Source: a virus (taxonomy: Duplodnaviria > Caudoviricetes). Taken from it: a DNA stretch of 64,000 nt. The translations under genes and the position numbers were made by a program. Shown here piece after piece: positions 9,952 to 20,201 of this stretch. The stretch lies in the IMG/VR virus record IMGVR_UViG_2773857666_000003, positions 7,870 through 71,869 of that record; one strand, 5' to 3'. How positions within the stretch are numbered: the stretch's first letter is position 1; the number at the start of each line of letters is the position of its first letter. The notes beneath the pieces were generated by a model, which saw nothing but the letters and a program-made list of their open reading frames with translations, was not told the origin of the DNA and did not search any database.

Positions 9952-10178
9952 TGCGGCAGGTCAGCCTGCTGCTGGCAAACGGTCACCCTGATGCCGCTGA
10001 CTATCCCCTACCGAGGGTGTTCGATGAGGCTGAGTTCGTGGTGGAACGGAAGAACGGCGAATATGCGACGATGGCGATCGTCATCCAGCAGGCCACCGCC
10101 ACCACGGGCATGAACGCGACGCCGAAGGTCTTCACCGCCTTCAAGAAGTTCATCAAGGGGCTGACCGGAGACGAATAG
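9861..10178 (+). CDS. Tail assembly chaperone frameshift extension (gpT-like)
   Basis: The -1 frame from the slippery site runs without a stop into ORF 9948..10178. Confidence 0.8.
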   Translation, partial: GKVSKRPARNDAGRANGGDAAGFGDFYRGMMRQVSLLLANGHPDAADYPLPRVFDEAEFVVERKNGEYATMAIVIQQATATTGMNATPKVFTAFKKFIKGLTGDE

Positions 10179-10179
10179 C

Positions 10180-13100
10180 GTGTCGAGCCGTAACAGCGAC
10201 GTCAGCCTGATAATTAAAGCCCGCGACGAGGCTTCCAAGACACTCGATGCCGTCAACGGCGCGATGAATAAGCTGTTCGGCCTCCAGAGCAAGGTGGCTG
10301 ACAGCGCATCAGAAACCTCCGGCAACCTCGGCCAGTTGGCAGCCGTCCTCGGGACGCTGGACAAGGCTTACTCGTCGCTGACAGGCGGCGCCGAGCGAGC
10401 TGAGGCGTCATTCAACCGGCAGAAGGCATCCATCGCCGGGCAGCGGGAAGAACTCCGCGCGCTACAGGCACAGGCGACCTCGGCGCAGGCGGCACTGCAG
10501 CGGCTCAACGGGGCGGATGCCATCGTCAACGCCGGTCGCGATCAGTCGGGCCGCCTGGCGCAGATTAAGACGGTGCAGGCCGAATATGACCGGCTGAGCA
10601 CCCAGGTCGAAAAACTCGCCCGTTCGATCGCGACGCAGGAATCCGGGCTGAACAGCAGCACGTCGTCGCTGCAGAAGGTCGCCAGCACCGCCAATGCGGT
10701 CGAAGCCGCCGTGGCCGCCGCTCGCCGGGAAATCGAACTGCAGAGTAAGGCGCTGCGTGACCAGGCTGCTGCGGCACAGGTAGCCGCCAACGTGCAGAAG
10801 GTCACCGGCGTCGGGCGCACCGCCGCGACCGATAGCGGCGCGTCGTTTGAGGCGCTGGCCAATCGTGAGATCCAGCTTCAGGAACAGCGTGCCCGTGCCG
10901 CGCGCGAAGCGGCAGCCGCCGTTGCCGAGTCCGTGCGGAAGTCTGTCGGCCTCGGCAGTGGCCGGGCAACCGACAACGGCGCAACCTTCTCTGCGCTCGC
11001 CTCCCGTGAGGAGGCCGCGGCGCTGAAGGAAGCGGAGATCGCGCACAAGCAGTTCGAGGCCCGCGTTCGCCAGGGTACCGCGGCGATGGCGGAAGCGGAA
11101 CGCGAAGAACAGGCGATGGCAGCCGCCGCCGCGCAGTTGCGGGCACAGCTTGACCCGGTTGCGAATTTGGAAGCGCGCCTCGCTACCGAACAGGGCAAGC
11201 TGAACGCCCTCTTCAAGAGCGGGAAGATCTCGGCCGACGAACTGTCTGCCGGCATGAAACTGCTGCGGGCGCAGACCGACGGCGCCATCAGCGCGCTGAA
11301 TGGGAAGAACGGTCTTGATAGCCGCGGTCGCCCGTCGCTGTTCGGTCTGAAACCCTACGAACTGACCAACCTCGGCTACCAAGTCAACGACGTGGTGACG
11401 CAGCTCGCGTCCGGCACCTCGCTGACGCAGACGCTGGCGCAGCAGGGCGGTCAATTGCTGCAACTGTTCCCGCGTGTCGGGTCGGCCATCGTGGCGGCGC
11501 TTGGGAATCCGGTGATCTTGGCGGGGGCGGCAGCAATTGGCGCGATCGCTGCCGCGCTGAACGACGCCTATGATCGGGCAGAGCGTCTGCGCAAGCTGGG
11601 TGGTCTGCTCGACCTCGGCATGGGCAACGGGGGCAACACAGCGCAGGGATTGAACGCCGCCGCCGAGGCGCTGGATCATTACGGGCTGACGGCTGAAAAG
11701 GCTGTCGCGGTCGTCCGCATCCTGATGAAGGACGGCTTCGACGAAACCCAGATCGTCAAGTTCGGCAAAGCCGCGCAGGACATGGCCGACATACTCGGCA
11801 TCGAGGTTACCGACGCCGCCAAGCAGATGGCCGACGCGTTCGATGGCGGTTACGAGTCGATATTGAAGATCGGCAAGGCCACCGACGCGTTCACCCTCGC
11901 ACAGTACGCGCAGATCAAGGCGCTGTTCGACGCCGGTAAAGCGGACCAAGCGCGGCAGGTCGCCGCTGACATTCTGACGCGGAAACTCGACGAGGTTGCG
12001 CAGAAGGCTAACGGCCCGTGGTCGCGCGCTGCCCGCAACCTCAGCGAGGCGTGGGATACGACCCTTGCCAGTTTCGCCAACAGCGGGCCAATTCAGGCGC
12101 TTGCGGGCTTCTTTGAGGAAGCCTCGAAAGGCGCCGTCGCGCTGACGAACAATCTGAAGGAACTCGGCAACGTCAGCCTGGCACAGGCATGGTGGAGCAC
12201 GCTCACCGGGCAGCCGATTCCTCAAACCACGATGCCGAACAGCCTCACCGGGGGCAAGCCGACCGGCATTGATCCGGCGCTGTTCAAAAACCCTGCCGAC
12301 AACATCAATGCAGCAGCCACCGCGGCTGCTTCCAAGGCTGCCGACGAAGCGGAGCGTCAGGCCCGTGCCGAGGAGCAGGTCACCAACCAGAAGCAGATCC
12401 AGAAGCGCCTCGACGATCTGCGCATAAAGCTGCGCGAACAGGCGCTGGAGCAGTTCGGAAAAGGTGCGGACCCGAAAGAGGTTGACCGGTTCGTTGATGT
12501 CCAGGTCGACCGCGAACGTCTTAATCTGAACAAGCAACTCACAGCCTATCTCAATCAGCAGGCCGATGCCGCTGAACGTGCGCGGAAAGCTGCCATGGCA
12601 TTCCCGGCACAGGCTGCCGCGCTGCTGAAGCAGTTCGAGGGTTTCTCGTCGAAGGCGTACTGGGACAGGAACGCCTTCCGCGTCGGCTTCGGCTCCGACA
12701 CGATCACCCGCCCCGACGGAACCGTGCAGCGGGTTACCAGCAGCACGACGACCACGCGCGACGACGCGACCCGTGACCTGGAACGCCGGATCACCGAGTT
12801 CGCTAACGTCGTCAAGCAGCAGATCGGCAGCGAGCGTTTCGGCCAGTTCTCAACTTCGCAGCAGGCCGCACTGACGTCGATCGCCTACAACTACGGCAAG
12901 CTGCCTGACCGGATCATCGCTGCGGTGAAGACCGGCACCAGCGAGCAGATCGCCGCGGCCGTTCGCGGCCTCGCAGGCGATAACAAGGGTGTCAATGCGA
13001 AGCGCCGCGGCCTCGAAGCCGACCTATTGGGTGCGCCGAACCTGGCCGTCGAGCAAGGATCACAGCAAGCGGCGGCCGATCTGCAGGCGAAGCAGGAGAA

Positions 13101-14274
13101 GTTCAACCAGTCGCTGCGCGAAGAGGCGGCGATCCGGCAGACAAACATCGACAACGCCAATGCGATGCGGGGTCTCAGCGGCGAGGCGCTGATTGATGCG
13201 CAGCGTGAAGCCGAAGTGCAGAAGGCGATCACGGATGCCAAGGCGAAGGCTGCCCGTGACAACCTGACCTTCAGCAAGGATCAGGAAGAATCGCTGCGTC
13301 GCCAGGTGCAGTTGGAGTTCGAGGCGACCAAGGGCATCGAGGCTCGCGCGAAGGCCCGCCGCGACGCGATCGACAACCCAGTGGCGGATCTCCAGTCGCA
13401 GCGTGATGCCATCCAGTCGCAGATGGATTTCCTGCGCGGCCAGGGTGCCGGGTCGGAGGCGGACTCGCTGCAGCCGATGCTCGACGCGGTGAACGCCAAG
13501 CTGAAAGAGGCGATCGCGAACGCCATCGCGTTCTATCAGGCTCTGAAGCCCGGCGATGACCCACTGCTGGATACGCAGTCGAAGATCGATGCCATCATCA
13601 CGCGGCTGCAGACCGCGCAGGCCGCAACCACGTCATGGATCAACGTCCTCGGCGTTTCCGGTCAGCAGATCGCACAGGTGTTCGCGAGCCAGGCCACGAG
13701 CGCCCTGAATAAATTCGCCCAAGCCGTGGCCGAGGGGAAGAACGTCTTCAGTTCGCTGAAGGACGCGTTCCTGACGTTCGCCTCGCAGTTCCTGCAGCAG
13801 ATCGCGCAGATGATCATGCAGGCGATCATCTTCAACATCGTCGCCAGCTTCCTGCGTGCGGGTGGCGCGTCGGCCGGCGGCGGTGGAGGCGGCTTCGGGT
13901 CACCGAGTAGCCTTGCGCCTTCAGGAACCTACATCGCGCACACTGGCGGCATCATCGGCCGCACTGCGCTGCTGTCGAAACCGGTTGCCCCCACTTGGGC
14001 AGCGAACGCAACGCGCTACCACACCGGCGGCATCGCCGGGTTGCGGCCCGACGAGGTGCCGACAATCCTGCAACGAGGCGAAGAGGTGCTGACCTCCGAC
14101 GATCCCCGCCACCGGCTGAACGGTGGCGCCGCGCCGAACGTCGAGTTGAAGGTCATCAACACCCTGGATGCCAGCGACATGCTGTCGGAAGCGCTGTCGT
14201 CGCCCGGCGGGTCGCAGGCGCTGTTCAACCACATCCGCGCCAACAAGCGCGCCTTCCGTGAGGCGACCACCTGA
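10180..14274 (+). CDS. Tape measure protein with internal lysozyme-like domain
   Basis: 1364 aa Ala/Gln-rich; NLGYQVNDVVTQLASG..QQGGQ; LKQFEGFSSKAYWD; HTGG..RPDEVPTILQRGEEVL. Confidence 0.93.
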   Translation: MSSRNSDVSLIIKARDEASKTLDAVNGAMNKLFGLQSKVADSASETSGNLGQLAAVLGTLDKAYSSLTGGAERAEASFNRQKASIAGQREELRALQAQATSAQAALQRLNGADAIVNAGRDQSGRLAQIKTVQAEYDRLSTQVEKLARSIATQESGLNSSTSSLQKVASTANAVEAAVAAARREIELQSKALRDQAAAAQVAANVQKVTGVGRTAATDSGASFEALANREIQLQEQRARAAREAAAAVAESVRKSVGLGSGRATDNGATFSALASREEAAALKEAEIAHKQFEARVRQGTAAMAEAEREEQAMAAAAAQLRAQLDPVANLEARLATEQGKLNALFKSGKISADELSAGMKLLRAQTDGAISALNGKNGLDSRGRPSLFGLKPYELTNLGYQVNDVVTQLASGTSLTQTLAQQGGQLLQLFPRVGSAIVAALGNPVILAGAAAIGAIAAALNDAYDRAERLRKLGGLLDLGMGNGGNTAQGLNAAAEALDHYGLTAEKAVAVVRILMKDGFDETQIVKFGKAAQDMADILGIEVTDAAKQMADAFDGGYESILKIGKATDAFTLAQYAQIKALFDAGKADQARQVAADILTRKLDEVAQKANGPWSRAARNLSEAWDTTLASFANSGPIQALAGFFEEASKGAVALTNNLKELGNVSLAQAWWSTLTGQPIPQTTMPNSLTGGKPTGIDPALFKNPADNINAAATAAASKAADEAERQARAEEQVTNQKQIQKRLDDLRIKLREQALEQFGKGADPKEVDRFVDVQVDRERLNLNKQLTAYLNQQADAAERARKAAMAFPAQAAALLKQFEGFSSKAYWDRNAFRVGFGSDTITRPDGTVQRVTSSTTTTRDDATRDLERRITEFANVVKQQIGSERFGQFSTSQQAALTSIAYNYGKLPDRIIAAVKTGTSEQIAAAVRGLAGDNKGVNAKRRGLEADLLGAPNLAVEQGSQQAAADLQAKQEKFNQSLREEAAIRQTNIDNANAMRGLSGEALIDAQREAEVQKAITDAKAKAARDNLTFSKDQEESLRRQVQLEFEATKGIEARAKARRDAIDNPVADLQSQRDAIQSQMDFLRGQGAGSEADSLQPMLDAVNAKLKEAIANAIAFYQALKPGDDPLLDTQSKIDAIITRLQTAQAATTSWINVLGVSGQQIAQVFASQATSALNKFAQAVAEGKNVFSSLKDAFLTFASQFLQQIAQMIMQAIIFNIVASFLRAGGASAGGGGGGFGSPSSLAPSGTYIAHTGGIIGRTALLSKPVAPTWAANATRYHTGGIAGLRPDEVPTILQRGEEVLTSDDPRHRLNGGAAPNVELKVINTLDASDMLSEALSSPGGSQALFNHIRANKRAFREATT

Positions 14275-15482
14275 TGCTGCCCGATATCGCCGACGCGCGG
14301 GTCTGGACCTTTCCGCCGAACTGGTCGGCGCGACCGACCGAGCGTTACGAGTTCAAGACCGACATCTTCACGAGTCGTTCCGGTCGCGAGCAGCGCCGCG
14401 CCCTGCGCGATCAGCCGCGTAGGTCGCACAGCTACCAAGTGACGGCAGCCGGTGACGACTTCCGCGCGCTCAACCTGTTCCTGCGCACCGGGCAGAACCA
14501 GCCCGTCGCCGCGCCGGAGTGGACCCGCTACGCGAAGCTGTCGGCCGACGTAGCCGCGACGGCTACCACATTGACGTTCGCCGCGACCCCGGCATGGATG
14601 GTCGTCGGTCGCGCGGTCATGCTGCTGACGGACTCGACGTATCACGTTGCTGTCATCGAGGCGACGACGTCGACCACGGTCACGCTGGATACGCCGCTGA
14701 CGGATGCCTGGCTGACCGGCAGCCGGGTGTACGCGGCGCTCCTGGTCCTGCTCAACGAGACGATGCAGGGTGCGCACCTGACCAATGCGGTGACCCGCAA
14801 ATCGTTGATGTTGTCAGTGTTTCCCGGCTCGGAACCGGCGATCGACGACAGCAGCGCGGTAACGACGTTCAACGGCCGTGAGGTGTTCACGCAGACGCCG
14901 AACTGGTCGAGCGACGTGTCGATGGATCATAGCTGGGCGGTGGAAACGGTCGACTTCGGTCGCGGCCGCATCCAGGATTTCCGGCCTGTGGTGTTCCCGG
15001 CAAGTTTGAGGAAGGCAACCTATCTCCATCGAACCGCTTCCGATATTGAGGCGATTGTGCAGTTCTTCTGCCGGCAGCAGGGTAGGCGAGGGGCCTTTTA
15101 CGCGCCGACGGGTGACGATGACCTGAAGCTGGAAGCAACGGCGAGCGCCGGCGGCACCACGCTAACGGTGTCGGCAGGCCGGTCGACCTCGCTGCTAATC
15201 CCCGGCGCCGGTGGTTACGAAGATGCTGAGGAAGCCATCTGCGTCCGACTGGTCGACGGAACGCAATATTACAGGCTGATCACCGGCGTTAGCGGGTCAG
15301 GTGCAACGCGGGTGCTCACTTGCTCGGGCGGCACGTGGCCGGTCACCCTGTCCAGTGTGAACGTCAGCGGAATCTCGTGGATGCCGCTTTGCAGGTTTGC
15401 CGCCGACATCCTTGAAATCACATGGCTGAGCGATGCCGTTGGGCAGACGCAACTCGCCATCCAGAGCATCATGACGGAGTAA
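14274..15482 (+). CDS. Distal tail protein
   Basis: After tape measure; two PNWS..E/T-type repeats, GREQRRALR. Confidence 0.75.
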   Translation: MLPDIADARVWTFPPNWSARPTERYEFKTDIFTSRSGREQRRALRDQPRRSHSYQVTAAGDDFRALNLFLRTGQNQPVAAPEWTRYAKLSADVAATATTLTFAATPAWMVVGRAVMLLTDSTYHVAVIEATTSTTVTLDTPLTDAWLTGSRVYAALLVLLNETMQGAHLTNAVTRKSLMLSVFPGSEPAIDDSSAVTTFNGREVFTQTPNWSSDVSMDHSWAVETVDFGRGRIQDFRPVVFPASLRKATYLHRTASDIEAIVQFFCRQQGRRGAFYAPTGDDDLKLEATASAGGTTLTVSAGRSTSLLIPGAGGYEDAEEAICVRLVDGTQYYRLITGVSGSGATRVLTCSGGTWPVTLSSVNVSGISWMPLCRFAADILEITWLSDAVGQTQLAIQSIMTE

Positions 15483-15485
15483 CGG

Positions 15486-16334
15486 ATGACGTTCGCCAGC
15501 TACGAGACGAGCCGCGACCTCGGGAAACCCGTCGACCTCTACTATTTTCGGTACGGCAGCGACGCGTCAGCCTATTACGCCTACACCGACGCCGACTTCT
15601 CGATCACCGTCGACCATGGTGACGGGACGGTCACCTACGAGGCGGTGCCGATAAAGCGCGGCGAGATCAGTTCAACCGGGACGCTCGATAAATCCACCTT
15701 GGAAGTGATGACCGCGCGTGACGTGGCGCTCGCCGACCTGTTCCGCGTTTACCCTCCATCGCAGGTGGTCACGCTCATCATTCGACAGAGCCACCTCGAC
15801 GACCCGGATGAAGAGTTCCCGGTTGTCTGGACCGGTCGCATCGTGGCGTCGTCGCGCCGCAAAGACTCGTCGGTTTCCTATAGCTGTGAACCTGTATCGA
15901 CCTCGATGCGGCGACCTGGGTTGCGGCGCCACTACCAGTACGGCTGCCCGCATGCGCTCTATGGGACGCAGTGTGGCGCCAACAAGGCCGCTGCCACCGT
16001 CACGGCAACTGTGGATTCGATCAGCGGCACATCGGTCACACTGGAAACCGGATGGAATGCGCAATCGGTAACCAAATATCTCGGTGGCATGATCGAGTGG
16101 ACGAACGAAGACGGCGGCCAGGAAATGCGGACCATTCTGCGCGTGACCGGCGACACGCTGACCTGCAGCGGTATCCTGCGAGACCTGGCGCCGTCGGCGT
16201 CGATCAGCGTCATCCTCGGCTGCAGCCGGCAGATGAGCGACTGCGCGGACGTTCACAACAACATCGTTAATTATGGCGGGCAACCGTGGATTCCGCTGAA
16301 GAACCCGATCGGCTTCTACAACAATTATTACTGA
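15486..16334 (+). CDS. Tail hub protein (DUF2163/BR0599 family)
   Basis: YQYGCPHALYGTQCG and GC....DC..HNNIVNYGGQPWIP motifs. Confidence 0.85.
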   Translation: MTFASYETSRDLGKPVDLYYFRYGSDASAYYAYTDADFSITVDHGDGTVTYEAVPIKRGEISSTGTLDKSTLEVMTARDVALADLFRVYPPSQVVTLIIRQSHLDDPDEEFPVVWTGRIVASSRRKDSSVSYSCEPVSTSMRRPGLRRHYQYGCPHALYGTQCGANKAAATVTATVDSISGTSVTLETGWNAQSVTKYLGGMIEWTNEDGGQEMRTILRVTGDTLTCSGILRDLAPSASISVILGCSRQMSDCADVHNNIVNYGGQPWIPLKNPIGFYNNYY

Positions 16335-16849
16335 CGCAACTCGACCGCCAGGCGGCGGGCGACGGATCGGTTGACCCGTATCCGGTCGAACTGCGGCTGG
16401 ATGTTCATCTGCGCCAGTTCGCGATGCCGTTCCCCGTCAAACGGTAGACTATCGGTAAGGAACGACCACAGTGGCTCGGCGCGGTCGGTGTCGAACAGCT
16501 GGTCGAATGCGACGTGCATGCCGTCAACCCGGTCGAGTGCGGCCACCGCCCTGTGATCCGGCACAGGTAGCCCTTTGGCGCGCAGCGAGGCGCGAACGGC
16601 GGCGATGTCGCGGTGCAGGATCAGCTTGCGCGCCGGGTGACGGTTCAGGCAGTCCACCCACCGCCAGATGCCGGTACAGGCAATTCCGGGCATGCGGTTA
16701 CCGGCACGTGCTGGGATGACGGCATCCAGATCCTCGTAATGTGTCTCCCACAGTGGGTCATGCACGCACAACGTTGCGCCGGTGGACAGCCAGTTGGCCG
16801 CCCATGTTGTGCCGCTGCGCGGTAGCCCGATGACCATGAACTGAATCAC
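16328..16849 (-). CDS. Sulfotransferase-like P-loop protein
   Basis: N-terminal FMVIGLPRSGTTWAANWL...HDP resembles the 5'-PSB loop of sulfotransferases; fills a gap in the tail operon. Confidence 0.65.
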   Translation of the reverse strand: MIQFMVIGLPRSGTTWAANWLSTGATLCVHDPLWETHYEDLDAVIPARAGNRMPGIACTGIWRWVDCLNRHPARKLILHRDIAAVRASLRAKGLPVPDHRAVAALDRVDGMHVAFDQLFDTDRAEPLWSFLTDSLPFDGERHRELAQMNIQPQFDRIRVNRSVARRLAVELRQ

Positions 16850-16943
16850 GCGGCAAGCCTATCAGGAGGGGGCTTCTAAAATCAACTATTACGTGATACT
16901 GCGATTGCAGGGGACTGTTCGGATTGCTCGGAGATAGAGACCG

Positions 16944-17171
16944 ATGGCCTTCTTCGTCGCACTAGGCATCAGCCTTGCGATCAGCATCATCTCCTATCTC
17001 ATCATGCCGAAACCGAAGGCTCCCAAGCCGGAGGCGGCGAAGGATCTGGAAGACCCGACAGCGGAGGCCGGTCGCCCGATCCCTGTCGTGTTCGGCACCA
17101 TGACGGTCAAGGGTCTCAATGTCCTGTGGTTCGGGGACAAGTCGAAGCGCACCTACAAGGTGAAGGCATGA
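16944..17171 (+). CDS. Small tail assembly protein
   Basis: Hydrophobic N-terminus, PTAEAGRPIPVVFGT. Confidence 0.8.
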   Translation: MAFFVALGISLAISIISYLIMPKPKAPKPEAAKDLEDPTAEAGRPIPVVFGTMTVKGLNVLWFGDKSKRTYKVKA

Positions 17172-17410
17172 CGGTATCCACCGACGACATCATCGTGACA
17201 GTCGCTGATGTCAAGAAGGCTGGCATCTGCATCTACCCCGGCGCCAAAGGATGGTTTGCCGACAACGGCCTGGATTTCCGCGACTTCCTGAAGAACGGCA
17301 TCTCGGCAACAAAGATGCTGGCAGTCGGTGACGCGCATGGCGCGCTCGTGGTTGCGCGGAAGATTGAACGCGAAGGCATCATCTTAACGCCGCAGGTGCC
17401 CAATGGGTAA
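17168..17410 (+). CDS. Small tail-associated protein
   Basis: C..GAKGWF...GLDFRDFLKNGI pattern; precedes the tail tip gene. Confidence 0.7.
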   Translation: MTVSTDDIIVTVADVKKAGICIYPGAKGWFADNGLDFRDFLKNGISATKMLAVGDAHGALVVARKIEREGIILTPQVPNG

Positions 17411-20201
17411 ATCCAAGCCCAAAATGGAGGTGACGGAATATTACATGTCCGATCACCTTGGCGTGTGCAACGGCCCGGTCGACGCGCTGCTCGCACTCAT
17501 CGTTAAGGAGAAGGCTGCCTGGACCGGAAGCGTCACCGCACAGGGTGACTTCGCGATCAACAATCCTAACTTTTTCGGCGGCATCAAGAAGGAAGGTGGA
17601 CTCGGTGGAACTGTCACGTTCCTCCCCGGCCACAGCGACCAGGTGCTGCCGGACAACCTTGCCGTTAAGCTGGATCGGAGTTCCGGCGCAGATTGCCCCG
17701 GCTTCAGAGGCCTCGCGAGCCTGTTCTTCACCGGAGCAAACGGCGGTTTCTACTGGACGGCGAACAGCCCCTATCTACCGGGTGTCTGGGCGACGGTTCG
17801 CCGCATCCTGATGCGTGCCGACGGTTCGGAGCAGTGGTATCCGGAGAAGGCTGTAATAACTCCCGCAGACGTAGCACTCGCACTCGGTACGCCTGTCCCG
17901 CTCAACATCGCCGCCAATAGCTTCACGGCCGGTAATACTGCGTCGGGAGGCATCACCCTCACGATGACCTCGTCCGACTTCCTAGTCATCACAAAGCCTC
18001 GCGCTGCTGCGTCGGGCGGACTGCTGACCTGGGACGGCTGGAGCGCCTGGGCCAGCGATGGATCAACGTCTCCTAGCCCGCCGCCTGTTGTCGGGCAGAC
18101 GTGGGACAACCATTTCAGGGTCTATGGCTCCAACGGTGGCGCCGAGACGCTGCTTTGGAGCGGTTCGGGATTAAGTTCAAATCTCTATCTCACCGAGGAC
18201 GATGCGTGGGATGCGATCAACGCGCTGCTGCCGATGCAGTTCACCGGCTACACGCAATATCGAATCACCTGTCCGACCGATCCGCATCTGGGCGACAATC
18301 GCCACGGTTTGTCGCTGCTGGCGCAGAAAGGCAGCCCGACCGGCGGGGACATGAACCCCGCGCACATCGTCCACGAGTGCCTGACGGATACAAGCTGGGG
18401 CATGGGTGCGCCGCTTACCGCCGTCGACGATACCTCTTTCCGCGCCGCCGCGGACACCCTCTACGACGAAGGCTTCGGCCTCTCGATGATGTGGACACGA
18501 CAGGCCGCGATCGAGGATTTCATCAGCGAGATTCTGGATCACATCCAGGCTGTGCTCTACGTCGACCCGGCCACTGGGCTGCTGACGCTGAAGCTGATCC
18601 GCGACGACTACGACCCTGACACGCTGCCCGAACTGAACCCGGATAACTGCGACGTCACCAAGTTCGACCGGAAGCTGTGGGGCGAGATCATCAACGAGAT
18701 CATCGTCACCTGGACGAATCCGGAGAACGAGCAAGAGGAAACGGTCACCGCGCAGGATCTCGCGTCCATCGCGATGCAGGGCGGCAACGTGGTCTCGGCG
18801 AGCCGAAATTACTACGGCGTCCGCAGCGCGTCACTGGCGACACAGCTTGCCCGGCGCGACCTGCGCACCGTTGGCGCTCCGCTGGCATCCTGCGAAGTCG
18901 AGATCGACCGCAGCGCATACGCGATCCGCCCGGCAGCCTGCTACAAGATGGCCTGGCCGGAACACGGCCTCAACGGTGCCGTCATGCGCGTCATGTCCGT
19001 CGATTACGGGCGACCCGGCGACATGACCATCCGCGCCGTGTTGATGGAAGACGTGTTCAGCCTGGATGCCGGCGCCTACGTCGAACCGGAAGGCAGCGGC
19101 TGGGTCGATCCGTCCAGTGCCCCGGAGCCGATCACCGAGGCGCGCGTCATCACGCTGCCGACCTTCCTGGCAGCCGAGGCTGTCGCGCAGGTCGGCGGCA
19201 GTGAGCCGGTCTATCCGGAGGCGGTGGCAGGCATCCTGGCGACGACCGACAACACCGACACATTCGCCTATGACCTCTACACCCAGTTGCCGCTGCCCGA
19301 TGGCTCGCTGCAGTGGTCGTCGGTCGGCACCAACAACATCATCGGCCGCGGGGCACTGGCTGCCGACTTGGTGGCCGAGGCTGCGACCACCGGCGTCACG
19401 ATGACGGATTTCACCGGCCAGACGCTGCCGTCGCAGGGTGGCTTCGTGCTCATCGGCGCCGCGAGTGACGACGAAACCGCGATGGAAGTGGCGATGGTGA
19501 CCGCCGTCGATTCCGGAACCGGCGAAATCTCGCTGGCGCGCGGCGTCATGGATACGGTGCCGCGCGCATGGGCAACCGGGACGCACATCTGGTTCGTGGA
19601 CGGCGAGACGCTGTACGAGGATCGTCAGGTGCGGTCAGCCGGTGAGACAGTCGAGTATAAGCTGCTCAGCCAGACCTCGCAGGGCCAACTCGCTCTAGAG
19701 TCAGCCCCGACGCTCAGTGGCACGATGACCGAGCGACCGTGGTTGCCGCTGCGGCCGGCGAATGTGACCGCCCACGGGGGAGCCTGGTCGAGCGAAACGG
19801 CGTATATCGACGCCCGTGACCGCGTCGACCCATGGGTGACGGTGACGTGGTCGAACCGCAACCGGCTGACCGAAGACAGTCAGATCCTGCTCTGGACAGA
19901 CGCATCCGTGACGCCGGAAACTGGGCAGACCACGACCATCGAGGTGTGCGCATCAGATGGCACGCTGCTGGTGACCCATGACGGGCTTACCGGCAGCAGT
20001 TTCGACGTGCCCGATGCCGATTTCGGAGCCGAGGTTTTCGTCGAAGTTCGGGTTTATTCCGCGCGAACGGACGCCGACGGTGACTTCGTCAGCCTGCAAT
20101 ATTTCTCGCACTGGCTTTTGGTGAATGCGGATACCCGCTTCACCGAAGACGGTGCGGTTCGCTACACCGAAGACGGCGAAGTCCGTCTTATGGAGGACTA
20201 A
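17403..20201 (+). CDS. Tail tip / central tail fibre protein
   Basis: FGGIKKEGG, DMNPAHIVHECLTD..WGMG, LKLIRDDY, RGVMDT. Confidence 0.88.
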   Translation: MGKSKPKMEVTEYYMSDHLGVCNGPVDALLALIVKEKAAWTGSVTAQGDFAINNPNFFGGIKKEGGLGGTVTFLPGHSDQVLPDNLAVKLDRSSGADCPGFRGLASLFFTGANGGFYWTANSPYLPGVWATVRRILMRADGSEQWYPEKAVITPADVALALGTPVPLNIAANSFTAGNTASGGITLTMTSSDFLVITKPRAAASGGLLTWDGWSAWASDGSTSPSPPPVVGQTWDNHFRVYGSNGGAETLLWSGSGLSSNLYLTEDDAWDAINALLPMQFTGYTQYRITCPTDPHLGDNRHGLSLLAQKGSPTGGDMNPAHIVHECLTDTSWGMGAPLTAVDDTSFRAAADTLYDEGFGLSMMWTRQAAIEDFISEILDHIQAVLYVDPATGLLTLKLIRDDYDPDTLPELNPDNCDVTKFDRKLWGEIINEIIVTWTNPENEQEETVTAQDLASIAMQGGNVVSASRNYYGVRSASLATQLARRDLRTVGAPLASCEVEIDRSAYAIRPAACYKMAWPEHGLNGAVMRVMSVDYGRPGDMTIRAVLMEDVFSLDAGAYVEPEGSGWVDPSSAPEPITEARVITLPTFLAAEAVAQVGGSEPVYPEAVAGILATTDNTDTFAYDLYTQLPLPDGSLQWSSVGTNNIIGRGALAADLVAEAATTGVTMTDFTGQTLPSQGGFVLIGAASDDETAMEVAMVTAVDSGTGEISLARGVMDTVPRAWATGTHIWFVDGETLYEDRQVRSAGETVEYKLLSQTSQGQLALESAPTLSGTMTERPWLPLRPANVTAHGGAWSSETAYIDARDRVDPWVTVTWSNRNRLTEDSQILLWTDASVTPETGQTTTIEVCASDGTLLVTHDGLTGSSFDVPDADFGAEVFVEVRVYSARTDADGDFVSLQYFSHWLLVNADTRFTEDGAVRYTEDGEVRLMED

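Noticed and set aside
2013-12537. Long antisense ORFs such as 2013..3203, 7972..9648 and 10462..12537
   Set aside because: They shadow well-supported plus-strand genes and are expected from high-GC codon bias; no recognisable motifs.
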